From contig OZ316891.1 of the NCBI GenBank assembly GCA_973895155.1, positions 21,628,513 to 21,692,512 of the forward strand: a stretch of DNA of 64,000 bases. Reading direction: 5' to 3'. Within the stretch, counting starts at the first letter, position 1, and every line of letters starts with the position of its first letter. This document shows, one piece after another, positions 49,601 to 64,000 of the stretch. The notes under the pieces were generated by a model. The model did not search any database. It saw only the letters and a program-made list of their open reading frames with translations, and had not been told where the DNA came from. This stretch comes from Marsupella aquatica. Taxonomy: Eukaryota; Plantae; Marchantiophyta. Made by a program: the position numbers and the translations under genes.

Positions 49601-52600
49601 CTACAGTATTCAATTTCTAGGAAAATGCAAGGCTTATTGTTGAAGTGGAAGTTCAGATGGACACTGTTTCACGTTGCTATTCAGATGGACTTTCACATTG
49701 CTTTTCAGATGGACGTATAATAGCTCGGGACATAAAAACTTGTGTCATCATATGAAACTGAGTGCAAAAACATTTAAATGTTAACGAAGGAAACCTAAAT
49801 CCCGTAGTTAATAGAGTCAGCTGCATGACAGAATGAATGAGGAATCCACTCAAGATTTTCTATTAAGGCAAGATGCTTATATGTCATTATATATTTGAAA
49901 CAAAAGTATAAATCGCAGCTATCTGAATAAATCTAATGTTTTATTATTTGAGTCCATCGGGTTAACGGTGTCCTTTCGAGATTCCCATTCGGAATTGTTT
50001 TTGTGAAATATGAGACACTACAGCACCCAAGTCTTGGCCACTTGCCATCACCATGTGGTTCTGTAACAAGATTATTTTCTAGTTCAGCAGTTTTAAGCAA
50101 CCAGCACCGATGGCAACTACAGTTGTTCCCGAGCTGGTTATCTCGTCGCCGTGATATGTCGGCGATATTTAGCTACCTACCGTAGCTTGGAGGTACCGTT
50201 GGTCGACGTATCGTCCACGGTAAGCAGCAGCCAGATCTCTACTCGTGGGTATGGTGACGTGGACGGTAACAGCACTACCAGTTAATTACTTCCCGGATGA
50301 GCTCAGTCGAGCCTTGTAGACAGCCTCAACTTTTTAGTTACTTTCGATGTTCATGATACTTCCAGTACAACTGCCCTCAACCTAGGTTTCAAGCCACACG
50401 GTTAAATTAGTTTTAGATGTTTTTGGTACCTTTTTCCACCCTTTTGCAAATTGAAAGACTTCTTCTATGCCCTTCTGTGTCACACCGGTATCTTTTGGTT
50501 CACAAGATTACAAGAGAGAGCGAGAGAGAGAAGCAGGTTTGAGCGGACATGACTCGGACCAAGGATTAGATTCCGATGAGCCATACAATTTCAGGCTGTC
50601 ATGTGCAGCTTTCCAGGCCAGTGAGATTGTTAGTATACTTAGACAAAGCACCCATTATTTAGATACTGGGTCCTGTGCTTTTGAGCTGTCGTCTCATATA
50701 CCGTAGTGGCAGCTAGGAAAGTGATCGATCAATGCATGCGGATCCGAATACAAATTCGAGCTGTCCCCTGGCAGGCACTTCAAATCAACTGCGCGGCCAG
50801 ATTTGACTTAGTCTCTGCCTGGATCGGAATTCATTGGGAGCTCCCGCATGGAACCTTCAGGATATATATGAAAAGGTCATCCATGCCAAGATTGAAAACT
50901 TAAATTACTACCGTACTGTCCCTGATTGTCAGTATGCAAATGTTATGGGTCCATCTTTTTTAATAACTCCAGAACTTTCTGCTCGAGGAAAGATCCCACA
51001 TCAATCAGTCTCAGACACACTGAATCGAGATTTTGGAGCTTGGCCAGTGGCCCAATTATTTATTAAAGGTCACACACAAATTTTAGAGGATCACTCAGAC
51101 TAGCGATTTTGGACAGCGACAGTGCATGGGTACTATCCCAATTGAATCCAGCTGTGACCCGTTAAAACTCCAGCTACAGTGGTCTGAGTATGAGACTGCG
51201 TTCAATTTCGGAGTTTTGAGAGCGCAGAATCGATGTGGATAGTAATCAACCACCGGCCATTGCATTTGTGAAGATAATGTGGTTTGTGAGTACAATAGTT
51301 ACCCTGAGGACCGACTCGGATCTATACATTGTAGGAACAAACTTTTTGGGTTTTACGTATGGGTTTGGGTTTAGTATCATATCCGAGCTCGAGATGTTCA
51401 TAATGTTTTGAGAAAAATCTCAACCAATTAGTCGGTGATCGGAGACATCTACTCGTTCTTTGTTTATTCCTTAAACAGCACAATTCAAAATGAAGGCAGC
51501 CGCGATAATATCTTCATGTTCTCTGAGACTTTTCATTCAAGATAATTAAAATGAGGATTGAAGTTTGAGTTCGTTCAGACTTTTCGAGACTCCTTGATCG
51601 AGACTTCTGGAGACTACCAAAAGTCAAATTCCTGTTGTTCTTTTGGATGGGGAGAAGGGACTTGATTTAAGCCTTGACTGCAACCTTCCACGAGGGCCAC
51701 GCGCATACTTCGTATCTTATCTCATATGCACCTTCACTGTTTCTACTAGCAGCATCCCTTAATATTCTTCAGACTTGGACTTGCACGCGGACTCGAACTC
51801 AGCACAGATAAGAGAACACATCGACGATATCGATGTCGACAATGAAGAGATTTGAGGCCAGGACGTCGAACTTAGCGAGTCTAACCACTACCGACGAGCT
51901 CACATGGCGCCAAACTTACCATATACATGTACACGCAGAGTCATTCGTACCCGCGTGATATATGTAAGAGAGGGTCAAGGTGGCGGCTGGAGGCTGCCAT
52001 TGATCATGCATTCCACGGCGCTGTCAACAGACACACGCAACGTGTAATTTACGTGTAAGGTACGAGTAGCCAAGTCTTGGTCAAACCATAAAGGCTCCAG
52101 TGTGTACGTGGCATTAACGCTATCTTCCCGGAGCTTGAATAAAGCTCGCTTCCCGCGGTGCATTAAGCAGTCCGCTCCTTTTTGGTTTCAATGATAAAAT
52201 ATCATGCCATAGTAGACAGAAATAGGTCTGGATGCCACTGCGACTTGCATTAACCAGTGCTTTTCGCCAAAGCGATCAAACTCAAGTTAATTCAGTGGCG
52301 TACCGATTCGTTGAGAATTAATTTGCTGCACATCGGGCACTGTGTGGAACTCATATAGGGACTACGGCCCTGCAGAAACCTGAATTAATCTGCATTGTGG
52401 AGCAGTACGTACTCAACCTAGCAGCTAAATCGTTCCACCACCCAATGTTCCCATCCACACAAGGCTTTAGTGAGTAGTTCCAGGTCCGTCTATGTTGAAT
52501 TGGTGCAGCTACCTCAGTGCCACTTCCTTTAGCAAGTTAGTTAGCTCTCTTACCGTCTCATCTCCAGCTCACTCGTTTTTCCTCCACAAAGTCTTTCACT

Positions 52601-54265
52601 TACACGACCAGCTGAAGCTCTCAGTTTAGCCAGAAAACGCCGTTTAGCCCTGAATCTCAAGTAGAGCCGTTTTGTCTTTTCAAGGTTAATGTCGTTGATC
52701 CTCTTCATCACTCCCTAGATCAAACTCGTAATTTCAATACCTCCAACACACAAGCATAACAAAAGCACTGTCTACTGTGTTTGCAGCAGCCATTTAGATC
52801 AATCTGAAATCTTTTACGCACAGCTTCTCAGTACCACGGGCGCTACATTACAATCTCACTTGCTAGTTTGGTTACGAATGGTGTCAACATTGCAGTTGTG
52901 AAAAAATCGTAGTTTCCAATCCTGAGCCACTAGTTTGCACTTACTAACCGCCGAGCCACATCTAGTTTTCTCATTGTCGTCGTACTTCTTTAATGCACTC
53001 AGTGCATGTCCAGGCTACTGTAGTTCCCGGATCTTTGTATACTCTACTCTGCATTGTTTTAGAGCCATTTGTTCTCCAAACTTACTTGTTACTTACGGTT
53101 TTGAGTTCTTCACACTTTACTTGAGAGCAATTGATGATCATAATTGAATGGTGTGATCTGTCCAATCTGCATCACTGTTGGGTGAACCAAGTAACTAAAG
53201 TGTTTTCTCTAGCCAGGACTTGTTTTGTCCTCTGCCTCCCTAGCCTTTTAGTTTTAGTTCACTCAGTCCCTTTGATATCGTTAACTGCATAGAATGACTT
53301 TCAGTGGAAGATAATTTCAATCGAAATATCTACAGTCAGATACCAACTACATGTCTTTGTGCTATAACTTCAAAACGGGGTAGACCTAACCAGTAAAGTC
53401 CCATGCATAAAAAAAAAGCCAAAAAAAATGGTCATGCAATTGCACTCTGCCTTCAAATGATCACAGACAAGAGAACTTAAATTTATCTTGCCCCTCCCAA
53501 GTTTGGCTGTGGCGCCTTCCAATGATAGCCCAGCTACGGAAATCATGTTTTCTAGTTTGGCCCTGTGCTATTGATTAAATCCAGACCTCACCAAATACAG
53601 GCAAACCTGCCCTTGGCAAATGTATTCATTCAGCCCTAATAAGTCCTCTAAATCCAGACTGTAGGTGTGCTATTTCTTCCATCAAAAAGCTATTGTAAGA
53701 TTGTTCACAGAATGGTATCTCCCCAAACTAAGTGGTTAATTTTCAAGAATTGGATAGGTTAGCCATCTCTATTCCAAGGAATAAAGAAGATCCATTGTCT
53801 AAAGCTGTTAATTAGTTTCAAAACTTGGATTATCTAGCACGTCACTCTTAGACAATTCAGAAATTCAGAAATTGTCATTTTCTACCGTGAATACAATTAA
53901 AATGTTACTAAGTGCCCAGTTCCCTCTTTCCTGTTAGAATCCCCATCCCCATCCCCACGTGTTTGCACGTCAGCATTTCAACAATTTTTTATGTCTAACT
54001 TATCTGCCTTTTTGATTTTGCAAGAAACTCTGAAGGCTGGACCATACACATTGTCTTGGCGGAAAGAATATTCTTCTTCAAAACAATGATGGAAACTATC
54101 GCCAATTCCTATAGGACTTCCAAGAAATGGCCAATGTATTGTATTTGAGTTCTACCTTACTGAATGCACTTTGGCGTTTTTCCCCTAGCTAATCTGGTCC
54201 CATTGATAAATTTAGGAGCCAGAAAACTCACTGACACGTGAAACCATTAGGGCCAAACAAGTGTG

Positions 54266-54631
54266 TGGCGTCTTATAACGAACTTAAACCCTAAAGGTAG
54301 TTCACGTGTGAAAGCGAGACCAACCCTTTGTCATAACTAAATAAAACCATTTCTTGTCAACTGCAGACTACGCACATTTATCTCTCTCACTATTCTTCTT
54401 TTCACCTGGCTCCCATTAGATCTATAACAAAGTGCAAAATTAAAGCACAAGGGGCGCCCAATTAGTTTTGCTTTGCTTTGCTTTTCTTTTCTTTGCTTTT
54501 CTTTTCTTTTCTTTTCTTTTCTTTCACCAAGTCTTTGTTTCACCAAGCTATCTGGCTCAACACTTGTCACTGTACAGCAAGAGGAAATAAAATTGGACAA
54601 AACGAGATAGGCCACGAGTTGTAAGACGCCA
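54266..54631. mobile_element. Possible MITE with 14-bp inverted repeats TGGCGTCTTAYAAC
   Basis: tggcgtcttataac / gttgtaagacgcca; contains a (CTTTT)n tract; no clear TSD. Confidence 0.45.
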
Positions 54632-56899
54632 ACCTATGTGAGATCTCTTCCTATATGAAAAGAAAAAAGAGAAATACAAAGTATAAATTAGGCATGATCG
54701 TTTATTAAGGGTTGGCCAATATGGAGACTTACTTAGACAGCCGTCACATTACTCAGACACACATCATATGCAAAAAGCTCGATGTTGGCTCATTTAAGTA
54801 AACGGGAATATTTGGAAGTTGACTCAAAAGGCAATCAATCATTGATATCCTCCACAGTATGGAAAGGCTGCTTTGAATTTGTGATGGAAAAACATGATAA
54901 GTTTGTCTTTGGTGATGAGAATTGGGTCCACACTGTCTTCATTCAAGATGCTGAAAATCAGATTTGATGGTAAAATAAATAATAGATGTGTAGAACAGTG
55001 TTGCCTCGAACTGCACACACAAAAGCTGTTGCCTCTCCTGAGACAAAACAAGTTGCCACAGTTTCTGTAAACTATCAGCCATGGGTTGCGCTCTCCAATT
55101 AGGGTTTGCCTGGGGCTGAACACTGATCCTGGTTGGGAGGGGTTTGGTTTTTGGACTTGGTTTCTATACGTTAGAAAATCTAAATACTAGAATATGCAAT
55201 CCCATTTTTTTTCATGATATGGAAGTTTACAAAATGTCAGTTTACAAAATGTAAGTTTACAAAATGTCATTGATCAATTGATTATGGTTACATTTTCCTT
55301 AACCATGAGATGGACCTGAAGGTGCCATTGTGCGCCTTTTTCATGCTCATCCTGTCACTCTCCCCTCAGCTTGCATACTCCTTAAAATATCTACTTGCCA
55401 GACTAACTTGTTGACTTCTCTCAGCATTTGACTGTCTGGCCATCTCACTTATATATGCTTGATAACGCTTCAGGTCAACATCACAAATCATGCCAATAGT
55501 GTGCACTGCACAGATTATCCCATTGAAGGATAAATGGGCTATTGTCCCTCCAGGTGTAGGATCAGTGAGTGTACGTGAGTTTTTGAAGTTCTGTCATTTG
55601 AGTGCTCCCCACCTCCATTTGTGCATTCCCACCTTTCTAGGATTTAACAACATACTGGGGAAAGAAAACATACAAACCAAAAGATTCTACGGTTGTACAA
55701 AAAAAAGTAGCAGAAACCATAACCCATGAAGAACTCAAGACTTGACAGGGTCAATCACAAGCTAGCCTAAATTTGTCTCATTATGCAATGCAGCAACTTC
55801 GAACTCGAGCCAAAATTGGAAGTGAGTGCCGGTAATTAGAGTTTTGCTATTCCAAGCAAATGAAATCTGAATATTGCAGGCACTTACTTGACTTCACTTG
55901 ACTTCACTTGACTTCTGTTTTGTTTTGCTGAGCAATGGGGTAGGAACATCGGAATGGTCGGTCAGTCAATTCTCTGTGGACTTGGTACCGATTCTGATCA
56001 TACAACGAGACAGAAGAAGTGATGGAAGGTTTTCAAAGTGAGGGATCGAAGTCTTAAAAATAAATAAAAACTAGAAAAAGGAGTTATAGAAGATGGAAAC
56101 AGTGGGGAAACCCCAAGAGAGTCTAAAACTTGACGGTATTTTCATTGTAAAACATAGCTGTTATTGCTGCTGTATTTTTATGCTCTTTGTTTTGGTTGGA
56201 GGCCTGCATTGATCTTTTTACTCTGGGGGTGCGTGTGGTCTACCTCTTTCTTTTTGGTTGGGGGCCTGTACTGTTCCTCCCACTATATCTCCGTTTCCTT
56301 TTGACAGGCAAAACTTGAAAGGTGGAAGAATTACCGCGACTTGACTAAAAATTACATAATAGTACAAGGAAAGGAACTGAGAGCACTAAATTAGATATAA
56401 TAAAGTGATTGGGGCAACAAAAAAGCAATCCTTCCAGCTAAATCCTAAACCCTGACCTAATCTGATAAACTTCAGTCCTGATTCTCGAAGAGATTCCGGT
56501 TTCCCACTTTTTGGAGTTAAAATACGCTGTGAGTGTCGTTATTCACATGGCAATGTGTTCTCTCCTTCCAAGATTACTAATCAATAAGCTTGCAGTATTC
56601 TATATATGGCCTTCAAAACCATACGTGAGCTGACGTTGGTCACTTCTTACGTGGTCTCTGGATATCAATGAAAAGACGGTGTCGATCTCCTTGGGAAACA
56701 AATACACAGTATGTCTTGTTATGTCTGTGGTCAAAGTGTTGGGGAATATGTGTGCTCATAAGGCCCTCCATTAATTAACTTCTATAAAGGCTGCCAGGGT
56801 CTATATTAGACAGGGTCAGAAATAACGCAGGGTCTATATTAGCCAGGTTCAGATATTAGTCGAGTCCTGCTAAGAAACTCAGGTGTTGGCCATAAGGAC

Positions 56900-59800
56900 A
56901 AGAAACATGAGTACAGACGCCCCTTCACGAGGCTCAAATACGAACTGGCGCAACTGAACTTCCAAGGTAACTTCCGAATCCTATGGCAATACGCCAGAGC
57001 CTGTAATAGAATGTTTTCCCCAAGATGTATTAATTAGGATGTGTTGGAGATGATAATGGCTAGCTTAGATAACTAAAGCCGGCATGGAATTCTGAGGCGA
57101 TGAAAAGCTAGTCCAAGACCATCAAACCAAGTTTGAATACAAAACAACGGAACAGGAACGAAATAGATTCCAGGGGATGGATGCAGTTGTTTTGCTGTGT
57201 AGTAGATGGGACTTACAATGTTGACAACACTTCCACGACACGAGATTACGAATATCTTTCTTGCTTTGAAAAGAGAATTTTCTGAAGTACTGTTCTTACG
57301 TTCCAAAGGTTGATTGTCAGGAAGTTCTATATATTCATCTCACGGAAACGATCATGTTCGTTTGGCCCCCAAAAAGCTCATGAAATTGATCAACTCGATC
57401 TAGGCATTAGCCCGCTACTGCGCAAACCAAAAATCTGGCTGGACCGATATCATTCAAAACGTCAGTATTTCTCCTAGTGCTCTACAACCAGTTAAGGAGG
57501 GTAAATCAATGTAAGGTCTCATTACCCACTCAAATCTTATGAGTATTCTGAGTGCCCTTCAACCACTCGATCTAGGAGGCTAGAACACGCCCATCCTCAC
57601 TAAATATTCTGCAAAACAAGGAGATGCTTAAGACCTAAGCAGTAAGCATTACATTGGATTCATCGCATACTATGAAGTGTTCACTTTCAACTACAAAAGT
57701 AACGGCTGCCTCGACATAAATTGGGCCCGCAAAATTTGATCACAGAACAGAGAAAAATGCTGGATACAAAAGAAACTTCACAAAGGTCGAGTCAGGCTGT
57801 ACACAAAAATTCATAGTAAAAGATTCGCAGTTTACCTAGTCCTGTGTAGAGAGGTCTAGCTTCAGGGCTTTCACTTTTTCACCATTGTGGCCTTTTGATC
57901 AGTTTCCCACGCCGAAGGTTTGTAAACTGTAGTAGTCATTCACCAATGAGGAGACAATATCCTCATGTAGGGACAACGAGCTTTAAGGTTCCCTAGGATA
58001 CCCAAATCCCAGACTTCATCACTAGGAGGGCATCGTGTACGAGATCAAAATTTGACGTTCAGGCGACTTCTACATCAGAAGAGTTCGATCTAAAACTAGG
58101 CCTTGTTCATTACGGACTAACAGAGACGGCCTTGCTAATAACTGCAGGGAGAGAAGCGTTGAGCCACCGAAATTTGTCCTCGTCTCGAAACCAGCAGAGC
58201 TTTCGTTTCTCATAATTCCTGTTGTGAACCAAAGAGAAACACTCAATCAATTTTGACGAAACTGTCAATCATAATCCAGTTACTGTAGCCACACAGAATT
58301 TCAATCAAACAATGCAAGGTTAATGAGATGACTTGGACGCCTTCTGGAACCCTGAAAGAAACGCCAAAAATTCTTTAGATGAGCTTACACCACCCGCCGA
58401 TCTGCACGTCACCAAATACTTCATCGCCTACACATTCCAGGTACAGTTGAGCCAGACTCCAGACATGACAAAGACAAGGGGGATAGATATGAGGATAAGC
58501 AAACCATGGCTTCATGAAGCCAAGTGAGAAGTCGCAGCACTAAAGAGAGGAACCGCTGCTTACAGATACTATTAGACTGCAACTCGTCTAGGAGCTTCCA
58601 ACTTTTCTACTGCACAAATATGGACTTTTTCGATCCCATTATTGAACACAAAATTTATACCCAAGAGAAATCATAACAAATCACTGCACCAAATAGACTA
58701 ATGGCCTTTTAGCTTGAAACTTTGGGAATTGCTTAACATGTGGTAGACATAATTAAATTTTTCCTTCCCTTCTTAAGTAACATTGTATGAGGCAACGACG
58801 TCTTATTTGTTTCTTGACATGCCTAACTTCAGGTGAAATGAATCTCATGCAATGCCTCAGGCTTCGCACCAAAGTAGGTACAGACCCCTCCCTCCAACCA
58901 CAATTGGTATACCTCCCTTTGCAAGCACTGTATCTGTGGCCTCCTTTGCATCCTTGAAAAAATCACTGTACTCTGCAGAGTTTATTCATGAAGAGTATGT
59001 TCTATAATTTAGTCAAAAGATAGCTACCCCAACATCTTCCACATACATGCAAGACAGTCAAAAGTTTATGCCGAGCGGTCAAAGTCAGAGGTCAACTTCG
59101 CAACTCTAGGTAGATTGTTTGAATTAGGCTCGTATATATGCATTTGCAATAGACTGAACAGGATATGGGGAGTTAGCGGAAAGTTTGTCACCCATGCAAA
59201 ATAAATTGCTCTGGCTGGATGCTTGAATGAATGCTGTCAAATTGTGTTCCAATCTCCACGTCCCAAGGCTTCACGGACCGATGCATTCAACCTATGATCA
59301 AGCATTCGATTTATGCACCCTGCGTATGAGACAATCGAAATCTTGCGCAGCCCTTTTTGGGACAACTATAGCCTTCCGCAACCTGCTAGGAGTACAGAGG
59401 ATCATTGTGCATTGACGCACAATGAAGACTAATGAGACAATGCTAAGTGAAGGACGCTGGATACGTGTCTACCTCGTCCACAAGGGGCTTGACAATTTTT
59501 TCCTTTCATAAGTGCGTCATCGTCAAGGCATGCCAAACGGTCAACAGTTGCAGGACTAAACAGACACTGGAGCGGGAAGGGAGGGTTCCCGAACTCGGGA
59601 GATGCACCTGCTGGTTAGGGAAGAGTAAAGATAGTCTACAGGGAGCAGGAGCAGCCGAAATGTTTTACAACGAGCGTGCAATTAACAACAGTCATCTTAC
59701 AGCACTAGGAATTTTGCCGTCCAGGGGCCTTATACAGAGCAACGGCATAGAGTAGTCCTCGTATCTCGTCTTCACCCGTAGAACAAGGAAGCTTTTGGAC

Positions 59801-59950
59801 AAGTCCAACTGTTAACACTACATCAAATCAAGCAGTTCACGTGATCCGCAAAGAAATGAAACTTTCAGTTCATCAAGCACCAACAGGAGTTTCATCTCAA
59901 CGTCAATTTCAGCTCAGCAATTCTGTTGCATTAAAAGTCTCCTCAAGCAA
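56900..59950 (-). pseudogene. Decayed L1-type LINE ORF2 (RT and zinc-finger remnants); boundaries approximate
   Basis: Minus strand GEDEIRGLLYAVALYKAPG (~59720-59775, cf. EEIxxALxxMxxxKAPGxDG), a KAYDRVEW-like remnant (~59290) and CCQHC...W (~57200) in the expected order. Confidence 0.5.
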
Positions 59951-61260
59951 AGACTCAGCTCGATCTTAACATCAAGACAGAAAAGACATGCTATCTGTTT
60001 TTTTTACAGCAAAAAATCCAATTCAAATTCATACCCAAAAAAAGCATTCAACATTAGTGGCCACTAAACGAAAGGGGGTCGGCAACCCAGGGGACCAAAG
60101 GTCGTGGAGCCCAATTGTTTATTTGCTCAAAAACCAACTGAGATTCATCCAAAAAGCAGCATGCAACATGGATGGCCCACAAAAGGGGGTTGGCACACTG
60201 CGGGGGACCAAAGGTTGTGGAGCCCAAAGGACCAGGAGACTCCTGCTATCTTTTGATTTCTTGCAACCTTTAGCACTTCTGAAGAAAGTCCTGCGATTCA
60301 CCCCCTGTCATCATCCGGTTCATGTTATCATTGTTCCATCTTCCAATTTCTTTTTGTTAAGGACCCTTACTAAGAAAAAAGCATTCAACATTGATTCTTC
60401 ACCCTTTGCAGGGGCTGTAAGTTGCTGCCAGGGTAGTACTTTTGTTCATCATTACATCTCATTATGTTCATTGTGTTCCATGGTACACAGATACATTTGA
60501 ATCATACATCCAAGTATTAATGAATGGAAAAGTCAGTGTTTACATCATCTAGACCTCCTTAGGGTAAGTCGCTTGCATGCATATCCCATAATGACTTATA
60601 TTGCCTCCTGTATATGGTCTCCCCACTTACACGGGTCTACCATATACGGTCAACAATCTACCTCAATATGTGACAGCAAGCATCCGTTACCATATACATT
60701 ACACCCCCACTTTAGTTATATCTGCAACACTTCTGGTGCAGTTCAAGGGAACCAATTTTGGCTCAACCTCTACAGCAATATTGCTTGATCAATTGAAGCA
60801 TGCAAGCCACTTTTTAATTTATTTTTGGGACATATGGGAGCAAAAGTGCCCACTGCCTGGAGGGCAATAGTGTCTTTTTGTACTATTAAATTTTATGGGG
60901 TCTCACTACATAGAGGCCCCGCATCACCTGCAAAGTTTTTAAGCCTTGCACCCCCTAAAATGTAAGAAAAATAATATTTTTAAAAACCCTATAAAATTAG
61001 AATTAATTTAATTAAAAGGTCGGACCCTAATGTTCTTACAAGCCTGCTTACAAGAACTCCAAATTGGATTTTAAAGACCCTAAAGTTCGTTCACAAAAAT
61101 TTCTAAGTTTTCTCTTAAAACCAATAAAACTACCATATTCTTCATCACACATGATGTGTCAATTCTATGGAAGTGAAACCCCCGAGATTAAATCTCTATC
61201 TGTCTACACTGCCATCCTCCCCCGACCACAGCACCATGAAGCACTCTATTCGAATAGTGC

Positions 61261-61620
61261 ACCCAGGGCATTATAATTCAAGAGTTTTGACTATCATGTG
61301 TTCTAATTCTTAATTTGTACATGAAGAGCAATGTTGTGTTCAAAAATGGGCATTGTGTTTGAATATTGGCTTAGTTTCTGTTTTGAGTGTTAACATTTGT
61401 CATATGCTTCATGAATTTTACCATTTGTGCTCTATGTAGAATAGTTTAGGGTCAAAACTGAAACACAACGTCCACCTCAAACACAACACCAATATTCAAA
61501 CACAGGCCCTGGCGCATTGTGCTGAAAAGACATTGTTCAAGTTCAAATGGGTTTTTTGTCATACTTTGGGACCCAAAAAATTGCATTTTCAAACACAATG
61601 CTCAGGCGCTGTGTTTTGGG
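61261..61620. repeat. Inverted-repeat (MITE-like) segment with AAACACAA/TTGTGTTT subrepeats
   Basis: tgtgtttgaatattgg (~61354-61369) is the exact reverse complement of ccaatattcaaacaca (61489-61504). Confidence 0.55.
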
Positions 61621-62331
61621 AAAGATGGTAGGTTGGGGCGTTGCACTCAGGACCTTCAAGCCATGCGTTTATTATGGCCAACTTGCGTGTGGGTGGCCCT
61701 AGCTTAGTTTTCCGGCCTTGCATGTTGGCAGCCCTAAGGGCCATCTTGCATGTAGAAAGAAGACGTACATGTATCTTTTGAAAACATTGTAAAATAAACC
61801 CTTAATTCATTTGACTGATGACACTCTATAAGTGAACAAGATATTCACGACTCAACCCGCTCCTCAGCCAGACCTAGCTAACTAACAGGTTCCCTCTCGT
61901 ACCTATCCATCACCAACTGACCGCCCTGACCTCAGGACATGCTCATGGCCCAAATAGCGTAGCTTGTCCTAAAGCTTGTCCCAACACGCCGAGACCAGAA
62001 TGGCCCCGACTCTAGCAACCAACTCCCGATTTGCCTCACTAAAGGCCTAGGGACCGAGCACTCTTGGGATTCAACCTCCACACCTACTTGGCCTTGCCTC
62101 CCCAACGCAAGCTCCCTTGGGAGACTGAACGCAGCTTGGCTGCTGTTCAATAGGATTTGGCAAGCGGGCGAGTTAACACCCGCAAACCCTGAGAACCCAT
62201 GGTGCCCCCAGACCCAACTGAACTCAGGAGGGCGTAGCCCTCTTTGAGAGCTTTCCAACGCACCCAAGAAGTCCTCCAATGGACTTCCCGTTGGGAAGAT
62301 ATCGTCGTTTCCGTTTGGCGGTTTCTCTTAG

Positions 62332-63004
62332 TGTCACGACCGCCGTGGCTCACGACTTCTGCTCGCCCTTAGCCCCCAGGGAGACACCACTCCTCTCATA
62401 TATGCTTCTGGAGACCTGCCAACCCGGACCAGCTTTGGTCCCTAAACATTTGGCCCCCAACCCGGATCCTATCGCGCATAATGGGTGCGCCACCAATTGG
62501 CAACGCCCATAATTTTCTCGTTAGGCCTCCTGTCGTGCGCATAAACATCGCTACACAACATACATCGCTTGTCACACATATCTAAGCATAGTCACAATCA
62601 ACATCACAAACATAAGAGAATGGAGTACAAGTGGAACTCCTATCCACACATGTCCAAAACCCACAATAATGTTCAAGAGAAATCGAACAACGATTGATGC
62701 TAATCCAACACACAATCCTGCCCGACACGATCACACACTTATGTCAAGCCAAACGCACCTTGCGCCTCAAGGAATCCACGTTACGTACACACTGTAACCT
62801 AGACAGCCACACCATAGCCGCTAGAGTTTGTGCTTGAAAGGCTCAACATCAAAAGATGAGACCTTTGAGCCAACACAAACTAAGAGATATATAACTATCC
62901 CTCACAAGCATAGTCTAACCCTAAAACACTTAGATAACACACATATGAAAGCCTCAAACCTACATAGTCCGATATCCTATACTACCACTCATAATGGTGT
63001 GACA
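62332..63004. mobile_element. LTR-like segment (TGTCAC...GTGACA)
   Basis: Typical LTR termini and composition, but no matching TSD or adjacent PPT; alternative start at 62570. Confidence 0.45.
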
Positions 63005-63911
63005 CGCAAGCGGAGTGCTTTAGCCCATTGTGATCGGGCCTACCCAGTGCTCATGCCTAGGCACTCAGGTCTCATCGCCGCTTGGGGCCCCCGATTGGCC
63101 CAACCCGGATCAGGCCGTGACTCGCGTCCCAAACGTCCGTTGCCCATGGCGTCAACTCCATGGGCCTTGGGCCCAAGAGGAGCTCACCCTCAAGCCCTCA
63201 TAACTCAAAGTCCATCCGGAGGTCCAGACGGTCGTCCTTGAGCCCCCGGGCCCATTTCCCCTTCGACCCGACCAACTCTCACCTAGCCCAAGTCCTTAGT
63301 GTGTGTCCCCAGCTTGGCTCCTTGCCTTTGCTAGCGCCACGTCTCGTTGCTCACAAGTCTCCCCATGCTAAGTCCTCCCCGGATGGCCTATTTGGGCCTG
63401 GACCATAAGGGAGCTCGGTGTCGGAGTCAGCGATATCGGAGCTAAGTGTTAAGGTAGTCGAGTTCCGCAACTTGCACCCCCGCTTAAAAATGGTCATGTC
63501 CGTGTGACCTCAGTAAATGTTCCAACACGCCTAGACCACTTTGGGCCTTAAAAAATTTTATGAGGTAACAAATGGTTTGCCCATAAGGCTGATGCAAACC
63601 AGGTTGGTATGCGCATTCCAGACTTAGAAAATTCCAACCTATCCCACTTATCCAAGTAGGATGCCAGTCCAATCGGGTAAGCTAACTCCAAACTTGTCGG
63701 ACCCATTGTTCTCCCCTTGGGCAACTCCCCTTTGGTTTGAACCAGCCCGCTCAAAGATGTAAGGCGGGCACCATCTACTTCCACTTGCGAAAAACAAATC
63801 GGCCGCCCAACAACCTCTAGCACCAACGCAATCCGACTTTACCCTTAAAAGGCCGAGAGGAGTGAAACTAGGATACAACTCCTAAAGATAGCTATAGCTG
63901 CCTGTACCAGT

Positions 63912-64000
63912 TCACAACGGTGACCGTAGGCCGCTTCGCTTACGATAACTTCCAAGGATCTCCGAGGCATTACCCAAATTTTCTTTCGGTTCCCAAGTAC
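63912..64000 (-). CDS. C-terminal chromodomain of an ORF entering from the right edge, probably a Ty3/gypsy chromovirus integrase
   Basis: Minus-strand translation TWEPKENLGNASEILGSYRKRSGLRSPL* matches the chromodomain tail TWEPxxNLxNxxExLxxY. Confidence 0.7.
   Translation of the reverse strand, partial: TWEPKENLGNASEILGSYRKRSGLRSPL

Noticed and set aside
47800-53300. Possible gene or miRNA locus in unique-looking sequence
   Set aside because: Only short ORFs without motifs, a few ACGT boxes and an 11-bp stem near 50210-50268; nothing supportable.
59988-60500. 170-aa ORF
   Set aside because: Spans short degenerate repeats and has no recognisable domain or splice context.
62221-62240. miR390-like sequence (aactcaggagggcgtagccc)
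   Set aside because: Several mismatches, no hairpin partner seen, and it lies within TE-like sequence.

Overview
Eukaryotic, intron-containing, transposon-rich land-plant DNA; the species cannot be determined from this window. There are two host genes, both on the minus strand: exon 1 of an ERD6-like MFS sugar transporter (906-487, rest outside the window) and a 3-exon, ~525-aa low-complexity protein with an EAR-like C-terminus (20722-18711). The centrepiece is an 18.9-kb CACTA/En-Spm transposon (25918-44777; CACTAGAAGAA termini, GCA target-site duplication) inserted into the TIR of a Tourist-like MITE. Besides a broken TnpD transposase and a multi-exon TnpA-like gene, it carries three co-oriented intronless cargo ORFs: a Cys-rich protein, an EDM2-type PHD-finger module and a tandem-BRCT protein resembling the Pol lambda BRCT. 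The reconstructed TnpA N-terminal region is a GW/WG-rich, Argonaute-hook-like segment built from small phase-1 exons. Together these suggest a transposon-borne anti-silencing/repair-recruiting toolkit; this is inference and untested. A second family member inserted in reverse orientation (ACT TSD), and the interval between the inverted copies is flipped. The rest is solo LTRs, a tRNA-derived SINE, MITEs, two heavily decayed LINEs, minisatellites and the chromodomain end of an element running off the right edge. All domain calls come from motif recognition by eye, not database searches.
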